This document shows positions 9,506 to 19,113 of a stretch of 41,365 bases of DNA, piece by piece. Position numbers and translations under genes: made by a program. Within the stretch, counting starts at the first letter, position 1. Each line of letters begins with the position of its first letter. The notes under the pieces were generated by a model. The model searched no databases. It was given only the letters and a program-made list of their open reading frames with translations, and was not told the origin of the DNA. This DNA comes from a virus. Its lineage: Duplodnaviria; Caudoviricetes. The stretch spans positions 1 to 41,365 of IMG/VR virus record IMGVR_UViG_3300025598_000072; one strand, given 5' to 3'.

Positions 9506-10501
9506 ATGAACCTCATACAGACAAGCTTACGTGCTTTCTTGCCTAACAAAAAAAAATCAACCAGTGGTGGGTGGATTTCTTTTAATAGTCCTTGCTGCGT
9601 ACATAGAGGTGAAAGTAAAGATATAAGATCGCGTGGCGGTATTATGTTTACTGCTGAGGGATTTGTTTTTTCTTGTTTTAATTGCGGATTTAAAGCAGGA
9701 TGGAGCCCGGGCAAACCGATTAGCAAGAATACTAAAAATTTACTTAAATGGTTAGGTGTTCCTGATTCAGAAATAAACAAAATTGTTCTAGAAGCAATAA
9801 GAGAAAAAGATCAGATATCACCTGAAACAAAAGAATTTAATTTTAATTTAAAAGAAGAAGAATTTCCTAAAGATTGTTACTCTTTTAAAGACTTGATAGC
9901 ATTAGATTGCGATGAACCTGACTTTCTATTATGCAAGGAATATATAGAAAAACGAGGGTTTTCTATCGACGATTTTGATTGGCATTGGTCTGCAACCGCA
10001 GCTTATCGAGATAGAGTTATCATACCATTCTATCTTGAAAAAAAGCTAGTTGGATATACAGGACGCAAAGTTAAAGAAGGAATGCCTAAGTATCTATCAA
10101 AAAGTCAGCCAGGATATGTTTTTAATTTAGATAGGCAGACATATGATAGACAATATGTTATAGTTGTAGAAGGACAGTTTGATGCAATAGGTATAGATGG
10201 TGTTGCTATCATGACTAATGAACCTAGCGAAATTCAGTGTGCTAGAATCAATATGCTAGGTAAAAAAGTAATAGTAGTACCTGATAGAGATAAAGCAGGG
10301 GCTAAACTATTAAAAGCTGCGATAGATAACAATTGGGCAGTTAGTTTGCCTCCTTGGGAAGAAGATATTAAAGATGCTTCAGATGCCGTTAAGAAATATG
10401 GGCGGATCTATACTTTGGCAACAATATTACACTACCAGGAAGAAAATAAGATAAAAATAGAATTATATAAAAAGAAACTGGAGAAACTTGATGGCAAATA
10501 A
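9506..10501 (+). CDS. DNA primase (T4 gp61/DnaG-like)
   Basis: Zn-binding CCVH...CFNC; TOPRIM VEGQFDA, PDRD, KDASDA. Confidence 0.9.
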   Translation: MNLIQTSLRAFLPNKKKSTSGGWISFNSPCCVHRGESKDIRSRGGIMFTAEGFVFSCFNCGFKAGWSPGKPISKNTKNLLKWLGVPDSEINKIVLEAIREKDQISPETKEFNFNLKEEEFPKDCYSFKDLIALDCDEPDFLLCKEYIEKRGFSIDDFDWHWSATAAYRDRVIIPFYLEKKLVGYTGRKVKEGMPKYLSKSQPGYVFNLDRQTYDRQYVIVVEGQFDAIGIDGVAIMTNEPSEIQCARINMLGKKVIVVPDRDKAGAKLLKAAIDNNWAVSLPPWEEDIKDASDAVKKYGRIYTLATILHYQEENKIKIELYKKKLEKLDGK

Positions 10502-11948
10502 AACCGATTATAGTTATGATGTTCAAAAAGTCTATTTAGAAATGTTTTTAGGTGATGCTGAAACATTTATTCGTTGCCAGAACATTTTTAATCCTGATAA
10601 TTTTGATCAACGACTACGAGCTGTTGCAAAATTTATGACTGAATATGTAGACCAATATAAAGTCATGCCCGAATCCTCGATTATTAATGCAAACTGTAAA
10701 TCAGATTTAACTCCTGCAATTGTGCCTAAAGAAAATTATGATTGGCTGCTTAATGATTTTGAAAACTTTAGTAGGCATAAAAGTCTAGAGAGGGCTATCA
10801 TCGAAAGCAGTGATTTACTCGAATCAGGCGATTATGGGCCAGTGGAAAAGTTAATTCGCGATGCAATACAAGTAAGTCTGAGTCGTGATATGGGTACCGA
10901 TTATTGGGCCGATCCGCGTGCCAGGTTGATGAAACTAAAAGAAAATAACGGACAAGTTAGTACAGGATGGCCTAGTATTGATAGGAAACTGTATGGAGGA
11001 TTTAAACGTGGTGAATTGAATATTTGGTGTGCAGGATCCGGCGGCGGTAAGAGTTTATTCTTAGCAAATCAAGGATTAAACTTTGCACTAGCAGGTCTTA
11101 ATGTCATTTATTTTACGTTTGAGCTTAGTGAAGAACTAGTTAGCATGCGTATTGATAGTATGGTAACAGGAACTGCTACTAGAGACGTCTTTAAGAACTT
11201 AGATGACGTAGAATTGAAGGTAGCCATGATGCGAAAGAAGGCGGCTGAAATTCAGGTCAAATATCTTCCGTCTGGCAAAAATTGTAACGATTTAAGGTCT
11301 TATTTGAAGGAATATCAGGTCAAAACAGGCAAAAAACCAGACATAATTTTAGTGGACTACTTAGACCTTATGATGCCTCTGTCGATAAAAGTAAGTCCGA
11401 GTGATCTATTTGTTAAAGACAAATATGTTAGTGAAGAACTACGTAATTTGGCTATGGAAATGCAAACGGTAGTAGTTACAGCAAGTCAGTTAAATCGTGC
11501 AGCAGTAGAAGAAATTGAGTTTGATCATAGTCATATTTCCGGTGGTTTAAGCAAGATTCAAACAGCCGATAATGTAATCGGTATCTTTACTAGCCGTGCT
11601 ATGAAAGAAAGAGGGCGTTATCAGATACAGTTTATGAAAACACGCAGCAGTAGCGGTGTAGGACAAAAGGTCGATTTAGAGTTTAACATTGATACATTGC
11701 GTATTAGTGATTTGGGTGAGGACGCTGAAGAGTCATTTAATCAACAGAGATCGAATTCTAGTACAAGTAATATTATGGAAAAGTTTAAAAAGACTAGTAC
11801 TATTAAAGACCCTAATGTTGATACAGAAACTGGTGAAATTCGAAACCCAGATCCGTCGCAGGGAACAGCGGCTCCGAAAATTAAAGGAGTAGTTGAAAGC
11901 AGTAGAATACGCGCAATGTTGGCGAACTTAAATAGCGAAAAAGATTAA
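10491..11948 (+). CDS. Replicative DnaB-like helicase (T4 gp41-like)
   Basis: STGWPSID, GSGGGKS Walker A, FELSEE, VDYLDL, TASQLNR, KTRSS. Confidence 0.92.
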   Translation: MANKTDYSYDVQKVYLEMFLGDAETFIRCQNIFNPDNFDQRLRAVAKFMTEYVDQYKVMPESSIINANCKSDLTPAIVPKENYDWLLNDFENFSRHKSLERAIIESSDLLESGDYGPVEKLIRDAIQVSLSRDMGTDYWADPRARLMKLKENNGQVSTGWPSIDRKLYGGFKRGELNIWCAGSGGGKSLFLANQGLNFALAGLNVIYFTFELSEELVSMRIDSMVTGTATRDVFKNLDDVELKVAMMRKKAAEIQVKYLPSGKNCNDLRSYLKEYQVKTGKKPDIILVDYLDLMMPLSIKVSPSDLFVKDKYVSEELRNLAMEMQTVVVTASQLNRAAVEEIEFDHSHISGGLSKIQTADNVIGIFTSRAMKERGRYQIQFMKTRSSSGVGQKVDLEFNIDTLRISDLGEDAEESFNQQRSNSSTSNIMEKFKKTSTIKDPNVDTETGEIRNPDPSQGTAAPKIKGVVESSRIRAMLANLNSEKD

Positions 11949-11961
11949 TTAAAGGTTTAAA

Positions 11962-12495
11962 ATGAATAAAAATACTTTTTATCTCGATATGGATGGTGTG
12001 ATTGCTGATTGGAATAAAGGTGTAGAAGATATTTTAGGATATATAAAAGAAGATCCGAATTCTCATTATAATGATGCGGATTGGGCTAAAATTACAACTA
12101 ATGAGAGAATGTATCGTGATCTTCCGGTTATGGGTAGAGCAGGAGCATTAGTTTCGTTAGCTAAAGCATTCGAAGTGCAGTTAGGATGGGACGTAAGATT
12201 CCTTACAGCAGTTCCTAAAGGAAATGATGTTCATTGGGCATTTTGGGATAAGTGTCTATGGGCCCAAGAACATTTTCCAGGGATACCTGTACACTTCGGC
12301 CCATTTGCTAAAGATAAATGTACTCATTGTCGACCGGGAGATATCTTAGTTGATGACCGTCATAGCAATTGTGTAGAATGGCGTGCTGCAGGAGGAATTG
12401 CTGTAGAAGTACATCCGGGCAAATATGAAGACGCTATTAGTGAGGTAAAGATGTTATTAGCTAATCACCTTGCTCGTGAGCAGCTTGTCGATTAA
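11962..12495 (+). CDS. HAD-family 5'(3')-deoxyribonucleotidase-like protein
   Basis: YLDMDGVIAD, FLTA, K-x-x-W, ILVDDR. Confidence 0.8.
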   Translation: MNKNTFYLDMDGVIADWNKGVEDILGYIKEDPNSHYNDADWAKITTNERMYRDLPVMGRAGALVSLAKAFEVQLGWDVRFLTAVPKGNDVHWAFWDKCLWAQEHFPGIPVHFGPFAKDKCTHCRPGDILVDDRHSNCVEWRAAGGIAVEVHPGKYEDAISEVKMLLANHLAREQLVD

Positions 12496-12682
12496 GCTGC
12501 TCAATTGCTTTTATGATCCCATCATGATCGGCATAAAAAGCAAATCCTTCTTGATCGTTGGCGGTTCTCCATTTTAAAAACCAAGAATCGCCTATTTCGG
12601 CTGCACAGATAATCCACCCATATTGATTTATAATAGGGCCGATTTGCCAGTATGGTATAAGTTTAAAGTTGTGTGAAAACAT
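12461..12682 (-). CDS. Hypothetical protein
   Basis: 73 aa ORF filling gap; TAAATA upstream on - strand. Confidence 0.5.
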   Translation of the reverse strand: MFSHNFKLIPYWQIGPIINQYGWIICAAEIGDSWFLKWRTANDQEGFAFYADHDGIIKAIEQLNRQAAHEQGD

Positions 12683-12735
12683 AGCTTTCTTTGTATTTAA
12701 TATAGATAAATAATTTATTGCTAGTAGGAACTATT

Positions 12736-12969
12736 ATGAACATCAATGACGTTTTAACCGATGTAAAAATCCCAGAAGATAAAGCACCTAAACCTAAAAA
12801 ATCTACTAAATCTAAAAAAGTTGTAGAAAGTGTTTCTGCAGCCCCAGCAGTTTCTAAAAATGAATCTCATTCTCATGTTTATGGATTAGGTAAAGGTTAT
12901 GATAGAGTGCTTGAACGAATTAATCGCACACAACCAAACGTTTACAATAATATAATAAATCTGGATTAA
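12736..12969 (+). CDS. Small basic hypothetical protein, first gene of AAA operon
   Basis: ATAAATA 12706-12712, AGGA RBS, ATG 12736. Confidence 0.65.
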   Translation: MNINDVLTDVKIPEDKAPKPKKSTKSKKVVESVSAAPAVSKNESHSHVYGLGKGYDRVLERINRTQPNVYNNIINLD

Positions 12970-12972
12970 AAC

Positions 12973-15714
12973 ATGCCAATCGATCAAAATAATTTACCCG
13001 GATCAACAACAGGATCTCAAAATACACAGGGAAATACAGTACCTAATCAACAACAGCCGGCTACACAACAACAACCGGCTACACAACAACAACCAGCTAC
13101 ACAACAATCACCGGCAGCTAATAAACCGTTAGTTCCGCCTACACAGCAGAAAGCACAGATGCCTGCTAATATACCTGCGCCTGATTATGCTAAACATATT
13201 GAATTATTAAAATCAATACTTAGTAACATGGTAGCCGGCAGATCGGGGGTTGAAAGAACTAGATTTTTGATAACAGGCGATACCGGACTAGGTAAAACTA
13301 GTTTTGTTAGTCAATTAGGAAGAATGCTAGGTATGGGCACTATGATTATCGAAGTCCCCCATTTGGTAGAAGAAAATTTAATTAATATCCCATATATTGT
13401 TATAGACCACAACGGAGTCAAACATGACGGGCATACTCAAGTAGCTAAAGAAAGATCGAAATATAAACTAGTACAAGCGGAATCGAGTCTAGTTACTGAA
13501 ATTGATAAACTAACTAAAGTACCAGATGACCAATACGATAATCATCTAAAAAATCTAGGACATTATGAAAAAGGGCTTTTAGAAGCTTATATAGAAAAAT
13601 ATTCAACTAAAAAGCTTTATGAAGCTAGAAAAAAGTGGGATAGAATATTATTCATAGATGAGTATTTTAGAACTACAACTAAAACTATAAGAACCTTATT
13701 AAGAGGAATATTAAATGGTCAAATCGGCAATGACCCTATTCCTCCCAAAACTTATCCGATTTATGCTTCGAACATGGTAGATCAATCAGGAGCACTAGAA
13801 CAACCGGAGAGTTACCATGCATATGCGCCGCAAGATTTTGATGCTCCTACTTTTGGAAATTGGTTATATTATACAGTTGCTGAAGGTGTAGGAAAGAACA
13901 TTCATTTTAAACCAGAAGTTATAGATGCTTTCATTAAAAATATGAAAGACGAACATGTCAGCATCAACGACGTTATAAGAACTAGCCCACGTCGGTGGAG
14001 TGAAATACTTTTCTATTTGAATAATATGTTTCCATTTAAAAAAGGAAGCGATGATCTAGATATAGCTTATAGTCATATTAAGGCTCAGTTTGAAAATCAA
14101 GAAAGAACTCTATCAGGCGGGTTTGAAGTATTACAAAACATATTAAAAGACCTTGCAATTGCAAGTGGTATGGATCCATCTTTCAAACAGCTTTCACCGG
14201 ATAAATGGAGAACTGTTTTAAACAACGTAGTTATGAACGCTATAGAGATCGGTTCTTCTAAAAAATATGTTCCGGTTATTCAAGGTGAGCCAGGAATCGG
14301 TAAAACTGCGATCGTTGGAAAACTTGAAGCAGATCGATATGAAGGCGATGGAACTGGGTTCAATTTGAGAACTGCAGTAGTAAATTGCACTACAATTCAT
14401 CCTGACGATATGGTCGGAATCCCTCATTCGGAAGATGTAGAAACTGGCAATCGAATTAAGAAAGTAACAGAATTTAGTAAACCTTTGTTGTATGATAAAA
14501 TTCATAACTTATTAAAATCAGCAGTTGAAGAATATAAAAATCAATTACTTGAGAGGGAACAAGCAGGTGAATTACAAGGAAGAACTGCTAAACAAGTTTA
14601 TGAAGACTGGGAAGATCAAAAATATAAATTTGCCATTTTATTTGACGAAATTAACCGTGTTAAAGATATAAGAGTTTTTAACAGCCTTAGAAAATTAATC
14701 TTAACTAAGGAGTTTAATGGAAAATATAAATTAGATCCCGGAACCGTTGTTATCGGAACAATGAACCCCGGCGATAGCCAAACTATGGAACTGACCGACC
14801 ACTTTAGAGATGCTATCGAAATTATACATTCAACAGCGAATTGGAAAGAATTTATCGAATTTATGAGATCTGTGATTTTCCCACAAACAGCAAAATCAGA
14901 ATATAAACCTTCATCTTATGCATTAGATATTGGTAAAAACTTTCTCGAAAAATTACCTACTGCTGATTTTATTACTCGAGAAAAGAAACCAGAAAAAGAA
15001 TTTCATTGGGCAGCTGGCAGCAGCGGAATTGAGATAAGAGTCGACCCGAGAGCTTTACACCATATGTATGAAGACCTCGTAGCGTTAATGTCTCTTGAAA
15101 TTGAAAGCATGGAAGAACGGGGAGAGTTTGAACCTGAAAATATAGAAGAAATTAAATCAAGTCTTACAAAAGACGCAGTTAAAGTCTGTAAACCATTCCT
15201 AACTAAAAAATTTACAGATATGGGAATGTCCGGTGCAGGACCTAATTTTTTAAATTCTTTTCAAAACTACATAGAAGATATTATTAATGAAAGTATATCA
15301 ATTAAAAATACTAAAGAAACTGATCTAGGAAGTATCTTAGATCGGTTTATTAACGGAGAGAGCAAGTCCTTAGCTAATGTAGAAATGCACGGCTATATGT
15401 CAAGATTCGATCCAGCTACATTTAATGTAGAGTTCGAAAGGTATTTAGACAAACTATACGAAGACTCAGGAGCGGATTTTAATAAATTTACTCAACAAGT
15501 TCTTAAAATTTTAAAAAGTGTAAACGAAGGAGTAGATACATTAAAATGGTCTTATGAAGCATTAAACAACTTTAATAAACCGATAGAAGATATATTAGAA
15601 CATATATTAAAACCAGAATATTCAAAATGGAATAAAGACCCGCATAGTGCTGAATTAGAACACATCGCTAGTTTTTGGATCGAGGTACTTAAACTTACAG
15701 GAGCCTCGGGCTAA
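12973..15714 (+). CDS. Tandem double AAA+ ATPase (MoxR/dynein-related clade)
   Basis: Two modules: GDTGLGKT/ILFIDE/ASN and GEPGIGKT/ILFDEINR/GTMNPGD. Confidence 0.85.
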   Translation: MPIDQNNLPGSTTGSQNTQGNTVPNQQQPATQQQPATQQQPATQQSPAANKPLVPPTQQKAQMPANIPAPDYAKHIELLKSILSNMVAGRSGVERTRFLITGDTGLGKTSFVSQLGRMLGMGTMIIEVPHLVEENLINIPYIVIDHNGVKHDGHTQVAKERSKYKLVQAESSLVTEIDKLTKVPDDQYDNHLKNLGHYEKGLLEAYIEKYSTKKLYEARKKWDRILFIDEYFRTTTKTIRTLLRGILNGQIGNDPIPPKTYPIYASNMVDQSGALEQPESYHAYAPQDFDAPTFGNWLYYTVAEGVGKNIHFKPEVIDAFIKNMKDEHVSINDVIRTSPRRWSEILFYLNNMFPFKKGSDDLDIAYSHIKAQFENQERTLSGGFEVLQNILKDLAIASGMDPSFKQLSPDKWRTVLNNVVMNAIEIGSSKKYVPVIQGEPGIGKTAIVGKLEADRYEGDGTGFNLRTAVVNCTTIHPDDMVGIPHSEDVETGNRIKKVTEFSKPLLYDKIHNLLKSAVEEYKNQLLEREQAGELQGRTAKQVYEDWEDQKYKFAILFDEINRVKDIRVFNSLRKLILTKEFNGKYKLDPGTVVIGTMNPGDSQTMELTDHFRDAIEIIHSTANWKEFIEFMRSVIFPQTAKSEYKPSSYALDIGKNFLEKLPTADFITREKKPEKEFHWAAGSSGIEIRVDPRALHHMYEDLVALMSLEIESMEERGEFEPENIEEIKSSLTKDAVKVCKPFLTKKFTDMGMSGAGPNFLNSFQNYIEDIINESISIKNTKETDLGSILDRFINGESKSLANVEMHGYMSRFDPATFNVEFERYLDKLYEDSGADFNKFTQQVLKILKSVNEGVDTLKWSYEALNNFNKPIEDILEHILKPEYSKWNKDPHSAELEHIASFWIEVLKLTGASG
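13048..13107 (+). repeat. 18-bp coding tandem repeat (QQQPAT x3)
   Basis: caacaacarccrgctaca units. Confidence 0.85.
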
Positions 15715-15715
15715 T

Positions 15716-16885
15716 ATGAGATTCTTCGAATTTAGAAATATAATTAAAGAAGCAAGGTTTGGATTGAGATCGGAAAAAGGAGAGGTTCCTTTTAGAACTT
15801 CTAAAACAGATGATCCTCATATTCTAGATGCTATTAATAAAATAGCTCAAGATACTGGCAGCTCAGTAAATGACATGTTAGAAACTTTGAAAGTCGAACA
15901 GGAAATGACTGAACTGTTAGGACAGTATAGTAAACTTTTACATGATGTTGCAACTAAAAATGTAGGAGAACACGCAATTTGGAACATTGTCGACGCTATT
16001 CCTACTGAGAAATTAAAGTCTTCTTTTGATGAACTTACATTTATTAGATTGTGTCAAGAAATATCAAAGAGATCAAAAGGGTTTTTCCCTTTGAAATCAG
16101 TTGATAAAAATTTACATAAAAAATTAATTAGCGAACTTCACCCTATATTAATACCATCTACATATAAACAATATCAACAGTACAATAATTTAGTCGATAC
16201 TGCCGCTGTATCACAAGACGGAAACTTTTTCTTTAATGTTCATTTCATGGAAAAGTTAATTTATTTCGGTGATACTATAAATGTTAAACCTACAAGACCT
16301 ATATATGTGTCAAATGGGGGTGACATTCCGGACAGTTATTGTTATATTGAATTTTTAATAATGCATGAACTCTGTCACTTTATATTCGGTGATATCGGAA
16401 ACTCTCTCAAATATAAACAATATGAACACAGGTTACATAATCTCGCACAAGATTTTAGAATTAACTACGAATTAACTAAGTTAGGGTATACTCCGATTCC
16501 TTTGGGAATGTTTAGTGATGATTTAAATGCTGATAGATTTTCAAATTATATAAAATTACTTCGATCTGTTGATGAAGAAGTAAAAAAGCTACCTCCGTGG
16601 TTACGCACATGGTTTGAAAAAACTAATAGTCATGATCAACACACTGATCCTAAGAATCCCGATACTCAGGGCGGTGGGCCTAATATTCCTTGGAAACCAG
16701 CACTCGGCGATATCGTGTTAATAGCTATTAAAGGAGAATTCGGCAGAGTAGTAGGTATTAAACCTGGCGATATGTATGAAGTGATACCGGTTTCTATCCC
16801 AGAATTACAACAAGAATATCCCGGAATTAAAGTAGGAACAGCACAAGATATAAAAGAAAGCGATAAAAAAGGTAATCGTACATGA
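15716..16885 (+). CDS. HExxH metallopeptidase-like protein (DUF2201 N-terminal-like) with C-terminal SH3/KOW-like barrel
   Basis: DTAAVS...FFFN, FLIMHELCH, HNLAQDFRIN, HDQH. Confidence 0.75.
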   Translation: MRFFEFRNIIKEARFGLRSEKGEVPFRTSKTDDPHILDAINKIAQDTGSSVNDMLETLKVEQEMTELLGQYSKLLHDVATKNVGEHAIWNIVDAIPTEKLKSSFDELTFIRLCQEISKRSKGFFPLKSVDKNLHKKLISELHPILIPSTYKQYQQYNNLVDTAAVSQDGNFFFNVHFMEKLIYFGDTINVKPTRPIYVSNGGDIPDSYCYIEFLIMHELCHFIFGDIGNSLKYKQYEHRLHNLAQDFRINYELTKLGYTPIPLGMFSDDLNADRFSNYIKLLRSVDEEVKKLPPWLRTWFEKTNSHDQHTDPKNPDTQGGGPNIPWKPALGDIVLIAIKGEFGRVVGIKPGDMYEVIPVSIPELQQEYPGIKVGTAQDIKESDKKGNRT

Positions 16886-17247
16886 TTAATAAAAAAGTAT
16901 ATCCATTGAGGTACTTAGCACCTATAGAGCAAAAACCAGAAGACCCAGGAACTCCGCCTCCACCACCGCCTCCACCACCTCCAGGTGGAAGTGGATGTAA
17001 ATATCAAGTAGGGCATCTGATAAAAAATAAAAGAACAGGCGCAGTTGGGGAAATAATAGAAGTTGATGATCAATGTCGATATAAAATACGAGAGCTAACA
17101 TATGATGATATTATGGACATTAAAGATGGTTTAAAAATAACAGTAGATGATGTTCCTATTTCAGATCGTGATTCAATCTTAATACCTGTAGAAGAATCGA
17201 GATTTAAAGAATTGTTAAATAAATTAATTAAAGGAGGAACGTTATGA
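16882..17247 (+). CDS. Polyproline linker + SH3/KOW-like small protein
   Basis: P10 run, YQVGHLIKNKRTGAVGEIIEV; ATGA coupling at both ends. Confidence 0.7.
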   Translation: MINKKVYPLRYLAPIEQKPEDPGTPPPPPPPPPPGGSGCKYQVGHLIKNKRTGAVGEIIEVDDQCRYKIRELTYDDIMDIKDGLKITVDDVPISDRDSILIPVEESRFKELLNKLIKGGTL

Positions 17248-18293
17248 CTTGGTGGAATCAAGATGATTGCGAACCATGGCCTACTCCTCCTCCCCCTCCG
17301 CCTAAGGGCAAAGAGGCGCCTCCCGGGGATGGGCCTTCAGGACCACCTCCCCCGGGACCTCCTCCTACAGTATCTGGCGGAGATGGATCTAATTCTGAAG
17401 ATAACAAACCTGACCCTGAAGATGACGATTTAGAAAAAGAAGATGAATTAGAGAAAAAGGATCGAGAAAAATGGGAAAAAATTAAAGAAAAATTAAAACA
17501 ATCACAAGGTGATGACTTAGAAGATAAAGACGAAGATGATCGAAAGCCTGAAATACAAGGAACTCAACAGAGTCAACAAATATCAACAAACTATAAACCT
17601 AAACTTCCTTGGCAAAAAATTATAAAGAGCTTTGTAAGCGGCGCGACTGTTGTAGATCTCAGTTATACCAAACCTGCTAAAAGAAATGCCGGGGCTCCGG
17701 ATGAGTTAGATATGACAGGCAGCAGCGTTGTTAGACCGGGATATAAAGAACTCGATCCGATCTATAAAATGTGTTTTGTTGTCGATACTTCTGGTAGTAT
17801 GTACGGAGTGGTTGATAAGGCATTAATCGAAGTACAAAAACTATTATCAGTTCTTGCAAAAGATGCTGAACCTCGATTTGGATTAGTATTCTTTACAGAA
17901 TCTGCTTACTACTATTCTTGTAACTTACAAAAAGGAGAAGCAGTTAGAGTTAATAGCTTTGATGAACTCGCAAACCCTCCCAAAAATGCAGCAAAATTAA
18001 ATTTGAAAGATGTTCTTAATTCACAATATAGTGGCGGAACTGTGTTTACAAGATCAATGGCTGATCAATTAAAAAAATTATTGAAAAAAGATTATAATGT
18101 ATGTATGTTTACAGATGAAGGTATTTTAGAAAATTGGGGAAAAGATAATAATTGGCTAAACTTTTTATCTGTCTATACTACCGCAGGTAAGCACTTATAC
18201 TTAATTTTAAAAAATAATGATAACTTTAACGACCTAGTAAAACAAATGGACGTAGATCCCCAAAAGATGCCTGAAAACATTACTCATTTATAA
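17244..18293 (+). CDS. vWA domain protein (DUF2201 C-terminal-like) with Pro-rich/acidic N-terminus
   Basis: W-x-x-II...SYTKPAKR, MIDAS DTSGSM, GGT, FTDE. Confidence 0.85.
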   Translation: MTWWNQDDCEPWPTPPPPPPKGKEAPPGDGPSGPPPPGPPPTVSGGDGSNSEDNKPDPEDDDLEKEDELEKKDREKWEKIKEKLKQSQGDDLEDKDEDDRKPEIQGTQQSQQISTNYKPKLPWQKIIKSFVSGATVVDLSYTKPAKRNAGAPDELDMTGSSVVRPGYKELDPIYKMCFVVDTSGSMYGVVDKALIEVQKLLSVLAKDAEPRFGLVFFTESAYYYSCNLQKGEAVRVNSFDELANPPKNAAKLNLKDVLNSQYSGGTVFTRSMADQLKKLLKKDYNVCMFTDEGILENWGKDNNWLNFLSVYTTAGKHLYLILKNNDNFNDLVKQMDVDPQKMPENITHL

Positions 18294-18295
18294 AG

Positions 18296-19099
18296 ATGAA
18301 TTTAAATAAAATGAAAACAAATAATATGAAAACAACCAAAATAATAAATGAAAATCAAGAGAATATTTTAGAAGATTTTAAAAAAATTATTAAATTTTCT
18401 AAAGACCCAACCTACAACGAAAAGCAGGGCGGGTGGATATTTGATGGCGACATAACATTTATTGATAAAGTAGCTCGCGGCTACCATATTCCACACCCGA
18501 TCGCTGAAGTAAACGGCAACGTTGTCATGGGATCAGTGGCAGTTGATTTTAATAGTCTCAAAAACTTTCCTAAGCGTGTTAACGGAAACGTCTCATTAAT
18601 GATGGCACCGGGGCTGGTTGATTTAACAACTGATGATAAAATACTAGTGACCGGAGAGTTTCTATTACGAAGTATTCCTATGAAAAGTTTATCAGGATTT
18701 AACGTAAACTGTTCAAAGTTAATTTTGACTAGACACGATGAACTAGAGTCAATCATTGATTTTCCAGGGCATGCAGAGCTTTTGACATTGGATCTAACTC
18801 AATGCCCAAAAATCTCTAATGATCTTACAAAAACTCCTCCCGAGCTGGCTAATCGAGTTGAGATTAAATTAGTAAAAACTCTAAAAGTAGTGCCGCAGAC
18901 AAAAATAATGAAAGCTATATTATTTGATTTATCTAAATCTAATGGCGTATATGCTCCTGTAACGATAGATAATATTGATAAACTACCTAAGGAAATTAAA
19001 GATATTATATCAAAATATCAAGGCGCAGGAGCAAAAGGTATGTTTGCTTTAATTAGAGAATTGATGTTAAACGATCAGATATTTATAAATCTATTTTAA
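18296..19099 (+). CDS. LRR-like repeat protein
   Basis: Repeats EVNGNV / SLKNFPKRVNGNV / SLSGF / SIIDFP; alternative start 18326. Confidence 0.55.
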   Translation: MNLNKMKTNNMKTTKIINENQENILEDFKKIIKFSKDPTYNEKQGGWIFDGDITFIDKVARGYHIPHPIAEVNGNVVMGSVAVDFNSLKNFPKRVNGNVSLMMAPGLVDLTTDDKILVTGEFLLRSIPMKSLSGFNVNCSKLILTRHDELESIIDFPGHAELLTLDLTQCPKISNDLTKTPPELANRVEIKLVKTLKVVPQTKIMKAILFDLSKSNGVYAPVTIDNIDKLPKEIKDIISKYQGAGAKGMFALIRELMLNDQIFINLF

Positions 19100-19113
19100 A
19101 AATAGTATTAATT

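Noticed and set aside
15716-18293. Peptidase-vWA gene broken by frameshift errors (pseudogene)
   Set aside because: Both junctions are clean ATGA overlaps with purine-rich RBS-like sequence upstream (AAAGG, AAGGAGG), as expected for real coupled genes
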